This document shows positions 13,106 through 24,760 of a stretch of DNA of 64,000 nt, in pieces (positions within the stretch are counted from its first letter, which is position 1; each line of letters begins with the position of its first letter). Source of the stretch: Amphiura filiformis (Eukaryota); the NCBI RefSeq assembly GCF_039555335.1, contig NC_092630.1, positions 31,084,769 through 31,148,768 of the forward strand, in the 5' to 3' direction. The position numbers and the translations under genes are program-made. The notes beneath the pieces were generated by a model. The model worked only from the letters and a program-made list of their open reading frames with translations, ran no database searches and was not told the DNA's origin.

Positions 13106-13576
13106 ATATACCCTCAACATACCCAAATGGATGTAATTATTAATAAATAAATCCAAGTAAGGTAAATCATCCACAGTAAAGTGCTCAACCAAGAAGGGAG
13201 CTGGAATATATTTAAAATGAACTTGGTGGTTTATTCAAGCATTGTTGACCTACACTGTCGGCATTGGCTGGCCTTCATGACACAATGTCGTACTTATCAA
13301 TATAAACTTTTGGCCGGCAGTAATAGAATGAAATTTTCCTTATTTATTCTTCAAGCCAAGGCTGTGAAAACCAAGAGTAAAATATCTATAAACGTTTAGA
13401 AATGTCATTAATACAATACCGTACACTATGAAATATCTTAACATTTGTACACCTTTATGCCACTTGGACATTCAACGAGTGCTCAGGTTTTACAACACCT
13501 GCTTTAATAATTTCAATTCAAATTGATTTAATTTGTCAAAATTTCTAAAAATTACTTTCGGGTTCTGTTCACCTAC

Positions 13577-13720
13577 CTTTCCTGTGGCGGTTGATCCAGT
13601 GAATGACATCTTCGCCACTAGAGGGCTCTCACAAATCACCTTACCAACAGCAGGTGTGTTTTCACGAGAAGACGTCACAATATTCATACATCCAGCAGGT
13701 AGTCCAGCCTCCTCTGCTAT
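13577..13720 (-). CDS. ALDH5A1: ALDH5A1-like exon 5 (IAEEAGLPAGCMNIVTSSRENTPAVGKVICESPLVAKMSFTGSTATGK)
   Basis: ORF 13490..13687(-) plus upstream in-frame codons. Acceptor tactttacag|ATAGCA, donor GGAAAG|gtaggtg. Matches human LASQAGIPSGVYNV...SFTGSTTTGK. Confidence 0.8.
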
Positions 13721-14854
13721 CTGTAAAGTATCATAAGGTAATGAAAAGCTGCCATGTTTTAAGCCTTTCTATTTGTGACCTGCTACCACGAAATCATCGT
13801 AAAGTCACCGCGACTTTATACTCATTTCGTTGAGTTGGTAGATTCGAGACATTTGATCTGACTAAGTTGATGTTCTTTGTTTGCCGCTCACCTGTACAAG
13901 CCAGTAGTATTATCCTTTGTGAATCGCCCATTGTGCCCCCATTCATAAAGGACATACAGACATACTTAGTGGCTTTAACAGGTGAGTGAACACCAACGCA
14001 GTAGCCAGGGCGTTTTGAGTGACTAACACCTTGCGACTTTAAGCTGATTTCGTGGTAGCAAGTCACATTTTTTACAATGTTGTAAGACTGCACTCAGAAC
14101 CTTTCAAAACTTCCAGGGTAAAGAAACAAGGTTTGATTTTATAGTTTGAATAATCATACAAATATTCCAATATTTTCTAAATGTATGTCAAATTGTGCAC
14201 AATGTGTATGATTTTTCAAACATAACTTGTGTGCAGTGTTGAAAATCATTTACAAAGGATTTTGGAGACAAAATGTGGAAAAATTTTGTGGAAAAGTAGA
14301 ATGCTAGAACAAACAAATTAAACATTTTCCTGGAATGCGTACACCATGTGCTTTCTATTACTTCTGATTTTGATACTAAAATTATTTTTAAATAACGTTC
14401 TTTGATGAGAGTATTCACAATGTTCTTTGATGACTTATGTCAGAATTTCAAGAGTCTTTCATTAAAGGTGAGCATGTAGGCTCCTTTCGCATCATGCAAG
14501 ATAAGCCACACGCTGTGTTGTAACTCTGCTGGCATTATTAGTACCAGGGTCTATCGATTAACATATCATACATACCTGCTTAACTGAGGATAATGTATAC
14601 AGAATAATGCTAACCACTTTGGCCCAAAACACACTTTTATCCATTTGGCATAATTCTGAAATTATACAGCTCTATTCAGGCACAGAACCCAGATCAGCCT
14701 ACACTGAGAATAACCATCACAGCCAGGATCAGCTCACCGAGTCTCGTATGGGTACACAGGAACACAATTTTCCATGAGAACAGAATTGTGACACTGCAGT
14801 TGCCCAAAATTGTACTGTCTAGTGTCTTACCAATTAAGCTATAAACTGGCCTCA

Positions 14855-15435
14855 AAAAGAAATTTATAATTTTTCACAAGGTCATATCTTAAAAATCCTC
14901 TCCATAAAATGAACAAAAATTGCACACAGGATTACTTTAATACTCAACTCTAAACACATGTCAGTAACCAAGCAGTTGTCCAACTGACACAACAGCAAAA
15001 TGCACTGACATGGAACACCTTCATGGACCAAAATTCACAGCCCAACAGACTTCTTTTGTTGGGTTCCAATTATTCACCTGTACATGAACAAAAATGACAC
15101 ACAGGATAACTTCAATACTCTACTCTAAACACATGTCAGTAACCAGGCAGTTGTCCAACTGACACAATAGTAAAATGCACTGACACGGAACAGCTTCCAG
15201 GACCACATTCACAGGCGAATAATTGGAACCCAACAAAAGAAATCTGTTGGGCTGTGAATTTTGGTCCATGAAGGTGTTCCATGTCAGTGCATTTTGCTGT
15301 TGTGTCAGTTGGACAACTGCTTGGTTACTGACATGTGTTTAGAGTAGAGTATTGAAGTAATCCTGTGTGCAATGTTTGTTCATTTTTATGGAGAGGATTT
15401 TAAGATATGACCTTGTGAAAAATTATAAGTTTCTT
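14855..15435. mobile_element. Foldback element, arms about 200 bp, with a partial third arm. Lies 40 bp from the exon 4 donor of the ALDH5A1-like gene.
   Basis: 14860-15060 is the reverse complement of 15235-15435. 15062-15200 is a direct repeat of the left arm. Confidence 0.7.
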
Positions 15436-15475
15436 TTTGAGGCCAGTTTAGTAAGAATAAGTTTGTATCACTTAC

Positions 15476-15592
15476 CATAGCGAGAGCTAGAGCTGAATAT
15501 GGAGTATCTTCTGCTGGTTTGATGACTGCAGTACATCCAGCAGCTAAGGCAGCACCAAGTTTTCTTGTAATCATGCCACTAGGAAAATTCCA
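15476..15592 (-). CDS. ALDH5A1: ALDH5A1-like exon 4 ([39 protein letters not shown])
   Basis: ORF 15386..15574(-). Acceptor tttttcag|TGGAAT, donor GCTATG|gtaagtg. Matches human [38 protein letters not shown]. Confidence 0.8.
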
Positions 15593-15739
15593 CTGAAAAA
15601 TTAGCAGGAATGTATTTAACTGATTGAGTAAGCAGATATTTTTGTAACAGGTAGGTATAAGTTTAGATTTTCAAGAGCAAAAATATAATTTTTTTCAAAC
15701 TCTTCAAACTCAAATTCTTTATCAAAGGATCAAGTTTAA

Positions 15740-16097
15740 GAGGGTACTACAGACTACACCCCTGCCCAATGTTGTGCCTATTTTTGCATTTTTCTCAAAA
15801 ATTATAGAGCATTGAGGGCAAGTAAGATATGTATATTATAGGGGCAAGGACTTCAACTACTGCCCTAGACATTTTATTTCAGCACAGACAGCAGTTGTGG
15901 AGTAACAGTCAAAAATTAGGGAAAACCAATATTTGATAAATAAATCAATAATTACTTGCCTAGAGTTGCGGAATTTTCAGTGTAGTAGTTGTAGTCCTTG
16001 TCCCTATATATACATATCTTACTTGTCACCAATGCACTATAATTTTTGAGGAAAATGCAAAAATAGGCACAAAATTGGCCAGGGGTGTAGTACCCCC
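15740..16097. mobile_element. piggyBac-like MITE (family 2; TIR gagggtactacagactacacccct / aggggtgtagtaccccc) flanked by TTAA
   Basis: TTAA at 15736-15739 and 16098-16101. Copies at 47103-47465 (TTAA on the right flank) and a 5'-truncated copy at 27527-27810. Confidence 0.6.
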
Positions 16098-16216
16098 TTA
16101 AGAATATAAAATAGGCCACCTGTCAATATCTGACTATATTTGAACTATATTTTAACCACAGCCAGGTTTTGAAGAAAAGAATATTTTTTACCAATAACAA
16201 TACTTGTTTTACCTAC

Positions 16217-16381
16217 CGGTGTAATCATACCAGCTACTCCAACAGGTTGCCTGATTGTAATTCCTCTTTTACCAGTCATAGCAGGAGACACATCGCCGTA
16301 AGTCCTCTTTGCTTCTTCAGCAAACCACTCATAGAATGATGCAGCATACATGATCTCTCCCTTAGCTTCTGCTAATGGTTT
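16217..16381 (-). CDS. ALDH5A1: ALDH5A1-like exon 3 ([56 protein letters not shown]). This is the authentic, most 3' copy of the repeated exon fragment.
   Basis: ORF 16145..16390(-). Acceptor ttgattgcag|GGCAAACC, donor ACACCG|gtaggt. It is the only copy that continues past ...CCTGCTATGA into MTGKRG... and reaches a GT donor. Confidence 0.85.
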
Positions 16382-19300
16382 GCCCTGCAATCAAATAATC
16401 ATAATTGTAAGTGTCATTTTTACCATAGGAGAGGATACATCACAATAAGTTCTCTTTGCTTCTTCAGCAAACCACTCATAGAATGATGCGGCATACATGA
16501 TCTCTCCCTTAGCTTCTGCTAATGGTTTGCCCTGCAATCAAATAATCATAATTGTAAGTGTCATTTTTATCATAGGAGGGGATACATCACAATAAGTCCT
16601 CTTTGCTTCTTCAGCAAACCACTCATAGAATGATGCGGCATACATGATCTCTCCCTTAGCTTCTGCTAATGGTTTGCCCTGTAATCAAATAATCATAATT
16701 GTAAGTGTCATTTTTATCATAGGAGAGGATACATCACAATAAGTCCTCTTAGCTTCTTCCGCAAACCACTCATAGAATGATGCTGCATACATGATCTCTC
16801 CCTTAGCTTCTGCTAATGGTTTGCCCTGTAATCAAATAATCATAATTGTAAGTGTCATTTTTACCATAGGAGGGATACATCACAATAAGTTCTCTTTGCT
16901 TCTTCAGCAAACCACTCATAGAATGATGCGGCATACATGATCTCTCCCTTAGCTTCTGCTAATGGTTTGCCCTGTAATCAAATTATCATAATTGTAAGTG
17001 TCATTTTTACCATAGGAGGGATACATCACAATAAGTTCTCTTTGCTTCTTCAGCAAACCACTCATAGAATGATGCGGCATACATGATCTCTCCCTTAGCT
17101 TCTGCTAATGGTTTGCCCTGTAATCAAATTATCATAATTGTAAGTGTCATTTTTATCATAGGAGAGGATACATCACAATAAGTCCTCTTTGCTTCTTTGG
17201 CAAACCACTCATAGAATGATGCTGCATACATGATCTCTCCCTTAGCTTCTGCTAATGGTTTGCCCTGTAATCAAAGGATCATAATTGTAAATGTCATTTT
17301 TATCATAGGAGGGGATACATCGCCGTAAGTCCTCTTTGCTTCTTCAGCAAACCACTCATAGAATGATGCGGCATACATGATCTCTCCCTTAGCTTCTGCT
17401 AATGGTTTGCCCTGTAATCAAATTATCATAATTGTAAGTGTCATTTTTATCATAGGAGAGGATACATTACAATAAGTCCTCTTAGCTTCTTCCGCAAACC
17501 ACTCATAGAATGATGCGGCATACATGATCTCTCCCTTAGCTTCTGCTAATGGTTTGCCCTGTAATCAAATTATCATAATTGTAAGTGTCATTTTTATCAT
17601 AGCAGGAGACACATCGCCGTAAGTCCTCTTTGCTTCTTCAGCAAACCACTCATAGAATGATGCAGCATACATGATCTCTCCCTTAGCTTCTGCTAATGGT
17701 TTGCCCTGTAATCAAATTATCATAATTGTAAGTGTCATTTTTATCATAGGAGAGGATACATTACAATAAGTCCTCTTAGCTTCTTCCGCAAACCACTCAT
17801 AGAATGATGCGGCATACATGATCTCCCTTAGCTTCTGCTAATGGTTTGCCCTGTAATCAAATAATCATAATTGTAAGTGTCATTTTTATCATAGCAGGAG
17901 ACACATCGCCGTAAGTCCTCTTTGCTTCTTCAGCAAACCACTCATAGAATGATGCTGCATACATGATCTCTCCCTTAGCTTCTGCTAATGGTTTGCCCTG
18001 TAATCAAAGGATCATAATTGTAAATGTCATTTTTATCATAGGAGGGATACATCGCCGTAAGTCCTCTTTGCTTCTTCCGCAAACCACTCATAGAATGATG
18101 CAGCATACATGATCTCTCCCTTAGCTTCTGCTAATGGTTTGCCCTGTAATCAAAGGATCATAATTGTAAATGTCATTTTTATCATAGGAGGGGATACATC
18201 GCCGTAAGTCCTCTTTGCTTCTTCAGCAAACCACTCATAGAATGATGCAGCATACATGATCTCTCCCTTAGCTTCTGCTAATGGTTTGCCCTGTAATCAA
18301 ATTATCATAATTGTAAGTGTCATTTTTATCATAGGAGAGGATACATTACAATAAGTCCTCTTAGCTTCTTCCGCAAACCACTCATAGAATGATGCGGCAT
18401 ACATGATCTCTCCCTTAGCTTCTGCTAATGGTTTGCCCTGTAATCAAATAATCATAATTGTAAGTGTCATTTTTATCATAGCAGGAGACACATCGCCGTA
18501 AGTCCTCTTTGCTTCTTCAGCAAACCACTCATAGAATGATGCTGCATACATGATCTCTCCCTTAGCTTCTGCTAATGGTTTGCCCTGTAATCAAAGGATC
18601 ATAATTGTAAATGTCATTTTTATCATAGGAGGGGATACATCGCCGTAAGTCCTCTTTGCTTCTTCCGCAAACCACTCATAGAATGATGCAGCATACATGA
18701 TCTCTCCCTTAGCTTCTGCTAATGGTTTGCCCTGTAATCAAATTATCATAATTGTAAGTGTCATTTTTATCATAGCAGGAGACACATCGCCGTAAGTCCT
18801 CTTTGCTTCTTCAGCAAACCACTCATAGAATGATGCAGCATACATGATCTCTCCCTTAGCTTCTGCTAATGGTTTGCCCTGTAATCAAAGGATCATAATT
18901 GTAAATGTCATTTTTATCATAGGAGGGGATACATCACAATAAGTCCTCTTTGCTTCTTTGGCAAACCACTCATAGAATGATGCTGCATACATGATCTCTC
19001 CCTTAGCTTCTGCTAATGGTTTTCCCTGTAATCAAAGGATCATAATTGTAAGTGTCATTTTTATCATAGGAGGGGATACATCACAATAAGTCCTCTTTGC
19101 TTCTTTGGCAAACCACTCATAGAATGATGCTGCATACATGATCTCTTCCTTAGCTTCTGCTAATGGTTTGCCCTGTAATCAAATAATCATAATTGTAAGT
19201 GTCATTTTTATCATAGCAGGAGACACATCGCCGTAAGTCCTCTTTGCTTCTTCAGCAAACCACTCATAGAATGATGCAGCATACATGATCTCTCCCTTAG

Positions 19301-21510
19301 CTTCTGCTAATGGTTTGCCCTGTAATCAAATTATCATAATTGTAAGTGTCATTTTTATCATAGCAGGAGACACATCGCCGTAAGTCCTCTTTGCTTCTTC
19401 AGCAAACCACTCATAGAATGATGCGGCATACATGATCTCTCCCTTAGCTTCTGCTAATGGTTTGCCCTGTAATCAAATAAACATAATTGTAAGTGTCATT
19501 TTTATCATAGCAGGAGACACATCGCCGTAAGTCCTCTTTGCTTCTTCAGCAAACCACTCATAGAATGATGCGGCATACATGATCTCTCCCTTAGCTTCTG
19601 CTAATGGTTTGCCCTGTAATCAAATAATCATAATTGTAAGTGTCATTTTTATCATAGGACGGGATACATCGCAATAAGTCCTCTTTGCTTCTTCTGCAAA
19701 CCACTCTTAGAATGATGCGGCATACATGATCTCTCCCTTAGCTTCTGCTAATGGTTTGCCCTGTAATCAAATTATCATAATTGTAAGTGTCATTTTTATC
19801 ATAGCAGGAGACACATCGCCGTAAGTCCTCTTTGCTTCTTCAGCAAACCACTCATAGAATGATGCAGCATACATGATCTCTCCCTTAGCTTCTGCTAATG
19901 GTTTGTCCTGCAATCAAATAAACAATTGTAAGTGTCATTTTTATCATAGGAGGGATACATCGCAATAAGTCCTCTTTGCTTCTTCTGCAAACCACTCTTA
20001 GAATGATGCGGCATACATGATCTCTCCCTTAGCTTCTGCTAATGGTTTGCCCTGTAATCAAATTATCATAATTGTAAGTGTCATTTTATCATAGCAGGAG
20101 ACACATCGCCGTAAGTCCTCTTTGCTTCTTCAGCAAACCACTCATAGAATGATGCGGCATACATGATCTCTCCCTTAGCTTCTGCTAATGGTTTGTCCTG
20201 CAATCAAATAATCATAATTGTAAGTGTCAATTTTATCATAGGAGGGGATACATCACAATAAGTCCTCTTTGCTTCTTCAGCAAACCACTCATAGAATGAT
20301 GCGGCATACATGATCTCTCCCTTAGCTTCTGCTAATGGTTTGCCCTGTAATCAAATAAACATAATTGTAAGTGTCATTTTTATCATAGGAGGGGATACAT
20401 CACCGTAAGTCCTCTTTGCTTCTTCAGCAAACCACTCATAGAATGATGCGGCATACATGATCTCTCCCTTAGCTTCTGCTAATGGTTTGCCCTGTAATCA
20501 AATAAACATAATTGTAAGTGTCATTTTTATCATAGGAGGGGATACATCACCGTAAGTCCTCTTTGCTTCTTCAGCAAACCACTCATAGAATGATGCGGCA
20601 TACATGATCTCTCCCTTAGCTTCTGCTAATGGTTTGCCCTGTAATCAAATAATCATAATTGTAAGTGTCATTTTTATCATAGGAGGGGATACATCACCGT
20701 AAGTCCTCTTTGCTTCTTTAGCAAACCACTCAGAGAATGATGCGGCATACATGATCTCTCCCTTAGCTTCTGCTAATGGTTTGCCCTGTAATCAAATAAA
20801 CATAATTGTAAGTGTCATTTTTATCATAGGAGGGGATACATCACAATAAGTCCTCTTTGCTTCTTCCGCAAACCACTCATAGAATGATGCGGCATACATG
20901 ATCTCTCCCTTAGCTTCTGCTAATGGTTTGCCCTGTAATCAAATAAACATAATTGTAAGTGTCATTTTTATCATAGCAGGAGACACATCGCCGTAAGTCC
21001 TCTTTGCTTCTTTAGCAAACCACTCATAGAATGATGCAGCATACATGATCTCTTCCTTAGCTTCTGCTAATGGTTTGCCCTGTAATCAAATTATCATAAT
21101 TGTAAGTGTCATTTTTATCATAGGAGGGGATACATCACAATAAGTTTTCTTAGCTTCTTCAGCAAATCACTCATATGTGACACGATCTGGTCCATGGGGG
21201 CCAAAGGCGGCAAATTTGAAACTGAGATAAAGGTAAAAATATGGGGTTAAAAAACCAATAAAATACATAAGAAAATTGACATCAAAAAACTTCATAACTT
21301 TAGAACCAAGTATGATAGGCCTTTGGTGTTTTCAGTAAATGATAGCTTATTGTATGTATAATGTAATAATTACAGTAACTCAATTTTCAAAAATGCCTCC
21401 TTTGGCCCCCATGGACCAGATCGTGTCACATATAATGATACGCCATACATGATCTCTTCCTTAGCTTCTGCTAATGGTTTGCAAACCCTGTAATCAGATT
21501 ATCATAATTG
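16382..21510. repeat. 148-bp tandem satellite of about 33 units derived from the exon 3 / intron 2 junction of the ALDH5A1-like gene, interrupted by a MITE at 21177-21430
   Basis: The period is 148 (e.g. caatcaaataatcataattg at 16387 and 16535). Each unit is about 110 nt identical to the 5' part of exon 3 plus about 38 nt of upstream intron ending in the acceptor. There are two alternating sub-variants. Confidence 0.9.
21177..21430. mobile_element. MITE family 1 copy inserted into the 148-bp satellite, TSD ATAT
   Basis: Satellite unit sequence resumes at 21431-21510 after the element. Confidence 0.8.
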
Positions 21511-21759
21511 CTCAGTTCCTACACTTACTGATGCTGAATGCCCAGGTCTCTTAATACTTGGTTGCAAAGTTATGAACATTATATGTCAAGTTTCTCATGT
21601 TTTTATTGTTTTTCTCCTCACTTCTTGCCTATATCTCGGTTTCATTATTGCCAACTTTAGCCTATATCTCGGTTTCATTATTGCCAACTTTAGCCTGATT
21701 GGATCAGATCTGGTCACATGTAGTTAGGATGACAATATATAATAGTATTTCATATTTAC

Positions 21760-21843
21760 CTGTTCAGCAGTCATTAGTTTTGCAAGATCATCCTGGTTTT
21801 GCACCATTAATGCAAACATCTTTTTCAGTATTTCACATCTTTC
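21760..21843 (-). CDS. ALDH5A1: ALDH5A1-like exon 2 (ERCEILKKMFALMVQNQDDLAKLMTAEQ)
   Basis: ORF 21724..21975(-). Acceptor ttttcaatttcag|GAAAGATG, donor GAACAG|gtaaatatg. Matches human [28 protein letters not shown]. Confidence 0.8.
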
Positions 21844-22780
21844 CTGAAATTGAAAACAAAAATCAATGCATGTTTTAAAACCCACTTTAATCACACCTTT
21901 GCTTGCAGATTCACATCTACTCTTACTTTTACAAGTCCTCAATTCCTCATGGTCATACATGTATAACTGAGCCAATACATCTTTCTATTCTTAATGCATG
22001 CTTTGATATTTTTTATGTTTTGGGGGATCAGCATCCTAGGTGGGGGTTCAGGATGTAAGAGCTCCTTGGTAGTCAGGGGCTAAGCTCCCTGAAGATGTTG
22101 GGTTGGGGTTGAAACATATGAAACACACTCACATGGAAGTAACACTTCCATAATTTTGTAGGAGGAAGGCCATTTATTATATTTTATACAATAAAGCTCT
22201 CCCAGGGAACTTAGATCTCCGGGAATTGCGACTGAAAAAGGTCACGATTCACACAAGTCGGATCTCATCTCTACGATCTGAATTGACCTAGGTCAGTTTA
22301 TTTCGTGGCATGCTTAGTAGGCACATCAGTCTTACCATAGACCCTGGAAGATATTTAATAAATATTTGCTCCACAATTTATCAATACATGTATGATAAAA
22401 TATTAAAACATCATATAAGAACTATTCTATAGAAAATCAGTTATACCAAGTAACTGATGAGGCATTAAATATGCAGGATATTAATCATCTTCCTAATAGG
22501 CAGACTATGGTACATGTCATAGACGTAACTTTTCACTTCCGCAAATGGCAGTTTGGTCGGACATCATCTCTTTTCAAATTGTGACCTAACTCCCGCCATT
22601 TAACCCTTGGCAGTCTCATCCCCCTGGCTCTCCTTTGCCCTTCCTCTGGCATCATGAACCACCTCTACTGAAATTCTATTTATCTGCACCTCACCCATTA
22701 TTGACGTTTTTACTGCCTGAAGTCACATTATGTGGGTGTTAAGGATACTGCATTACCCTTTATTTCGTTTGTAAAATTAC

Positions 22781-23041
22781 CTTTGCCGATGTGTCCCTCC
22801 AAGTATAAAATGCATCATAGGCTTTCTGTATAGCGTCCTGTGTTTCTGCTACACCCAAATCTGCTACTCGTCCCAACTCTTCACCGGTAGCAGGGTTTTT
22901 AACTGTGAAGGTGTTGCCGTCCTTTGCACTCACCCATGCCCCATTGATGTATGCATGCTCCTTGAGGTACTGGGTGTAGTGTCGCACTGGAAGCCTTGCT
23001 GGTGTACGTTTAAGCACTTGTAGTGTATGTATGGCAAACAT
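22781..23041 (-). CDS. ALDH5A1: ALDH5A1-like exon 1 (MFAIHTLQVLKRTPARLPVRHYTQ... putative mitochondrial presequence, then ...GAWVSAKDGNTFTVKNPATGEELGRVADLGVAETQDAIQKAYDAFYTWRDTSAK)
   Basis: ORF 22760..23041(-). ATG at 23041-23039. Donor GGCAAAG|gtaattttac. The N-terminus is Arg-rich and lacks acidic residues, typical of a transit peptide. Confidence 0.8.
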
Positions 23042-23200
23042 GGTGGTTTCTTTCCTGCTTAAAGAAATAATAAATAAAGAAACAAATTACTTGCAGTACA
23101 CATTAATTTCTCTCTCTAGTCAAGTAATGATGAAATTGGATGGGCGTTATAAAGGCTTTACAGCCTTCCAAAAGAGTGCCCGAGACGACAGGTAAACAGG
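23042..23200 (-). promoter_or_regulatory. Putative core promoter and 5' UTR of the ALDH5A1-like gene. There is a TTTATAA element about 105 nt upstream of the ATG on the minus strand.
   Basis: The minus-strand sequence reads gcctttataacgcccatcc...ATG. No upstream coding exon was detected. This is inference only. Confidence 0.2.
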
Positions 23201-23319
23201 TAAATCATGAATACTGGTACATGTACTATACTGTGTCTCATCTCAAGTTGAGAGCTGTTGAGAGTGGCTCAGCTTGCCATCCAGGCGCGTATCCAGGGGA
23301 GGGGCGAAGGGGGTGCACA

Positions 23320-23930
23320 CTAAGGCTGGCATTTTCGGTCGGGGCGGGTACCCGCCGAGATTACATTACACGGTAGGAAATACCCTCCCGGGTACCGAAA
23401 TTCAAAAAAAAAAAAAAGAATTTTTTTTTTTAAATTTTTTTAAAGTTTTTTATTTTTTCGGTTTTGTAGTGTCCCTGGACCTAGACCTAAATGCTAGGAT
23501 CATTCATGGTTGACCTAAAAAAAAAAAAAAAAAAAAAATAAATAAATTTCAAGATATTTTGTTATTTTTAATATGAAAATTGATAATTTGTATTCATGTC
23601 ATAGTCTATTAATGATTTCAAAATGCATTCAAATTCAATACATTTTGAAATCATTAATAGACTATGACATGAATACAAATTATCAATTTTCATATAAAAA
23701 ATAACAAAATATCTTGAATTTTTTAAATTTTTTTAGGTCAACCATGAATGATCCTGGCATTTAGGTCTAGGTCCAGAGACACTACAAAACCGAAAAATAA
23801 AAACTTAGAAACCAAAAAAAAAAAAATTTTTTTTTTTTTTTTTTTTTTTGCAATTTCGGTTACCCGGTTACCCGCCCGAAAAATTGCGGCGGGTACCCGG
23901 GTACAAAATTACCCGAAAATGCCAGGCCTA
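23320..23930. mobile_element. Family 4 long palindromic (foldback) element: ggcattttcggtcggggcgggtacccgcc...cctagacctaaatgctaggatcattcatggttgacctaaaaa...
   Basis: Nested inverted symmetry centred near 23630. Copies or fragments at 12362-12640, 39420-39470, 56395-56445, 56885-57265 and 59912-60232. Confidence 0.75.
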
Positions 23931-23934
23931 GTGC

Positions 23935-24760
23935 ACCCCGGTAAAAAAGGAGAGGGAGAGAAAGGGAAGGGGAAAGAGGGGAAGAGAGAAGGAGAAAGAG
24001 AGAGAGAGAGAAGGGCAAACATTGTGAGTAAACATGGCTATGGTTATTTTTTAGCATAAATATTAGGCTACTGTATGTGATTTTATAGAATATTGTATCA
24101 AAACACTAGGGCCGCGCCGAATAGGCCTATTATTTTGCGTAATGCAGGCCCAGATTGAGGGGCAAAATAGGAGAGGAGGGGAGAGGAGAGGAGCTGGAGA
24201 GGAGAGGAGAGGAGGGGGAGCAGTAGCGTAGCCCAGGAGTGTAGCCAGGGGGCAGAGTGCCCCCTGACAAAAAATGAAAGAAAAAAGTGCCCCTCTGACA
24301 AAAAAATGAAAGAGAAAATCAGGAGGTCAAAGGAAAATAAAAGGGGAAAGAAGCACCTTTCCTACCAAATTTCAGCCCGATCATGGGCCAAAATAGTGTA
24401 AAATACCAATTTTTTGCGCGCGTAAAGATAAAGTCCTTTCCATCCTGATAATGGGCGAAAATAGTGTAAAATACCACATTTTAGCGCGCTACGCACGCAC
24501 ATCATCCCAATATGGCGTTTTTTGGAAGCTCGAAGACATACTGTCTATGATGCAACTGTATGATGTGTATGATGCAACTGTAATTTTTTTCGTCTGTGCC
24601 CCTGAACTTTTATTTTGCCCCCCCCTTCCGTGACCAAAAAAGCTGGCTACGCCCCTGGAGGGGAGGAGAGGAGACTCAGAAGAGAGGAGAGAAGAGGAGA
24701 GGAGAGGGGAGGGGAGGGGAGAGGAGAGGAGAAGAGAAAAGGCTAAATTGCACGTGAGTA
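23935..24760. repeat. GA-rich (GGAGAG)n low-complexity tracts and duplicated short units upstream of the ALDH5A1-like gene
   Basis: 23935-24010, 24165-24235 and 24655-24745 are purine-only on the plus strand. Confidence 0.8.

Noticed and set aside
16382-21510. Regular repeat array that could superficially resemble CRISPR
   Set aside because: This is a eukaryotic intron. The units are contiguous with no unique spacers, and the unit is exon-derived. It is a satellite, not CRISPR.
23748-24301. ORFs such as 23748..24059 (MILAFRSRSRDTTKPK..., also at 56714..56932) and the Gly/Glu/Lys-rich reading of the GA tracts
   Set aside because: The same peptide arises from the family 4 foldback repeat at several loci. 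These are GA low-complexity and repeat-derived, not genes.
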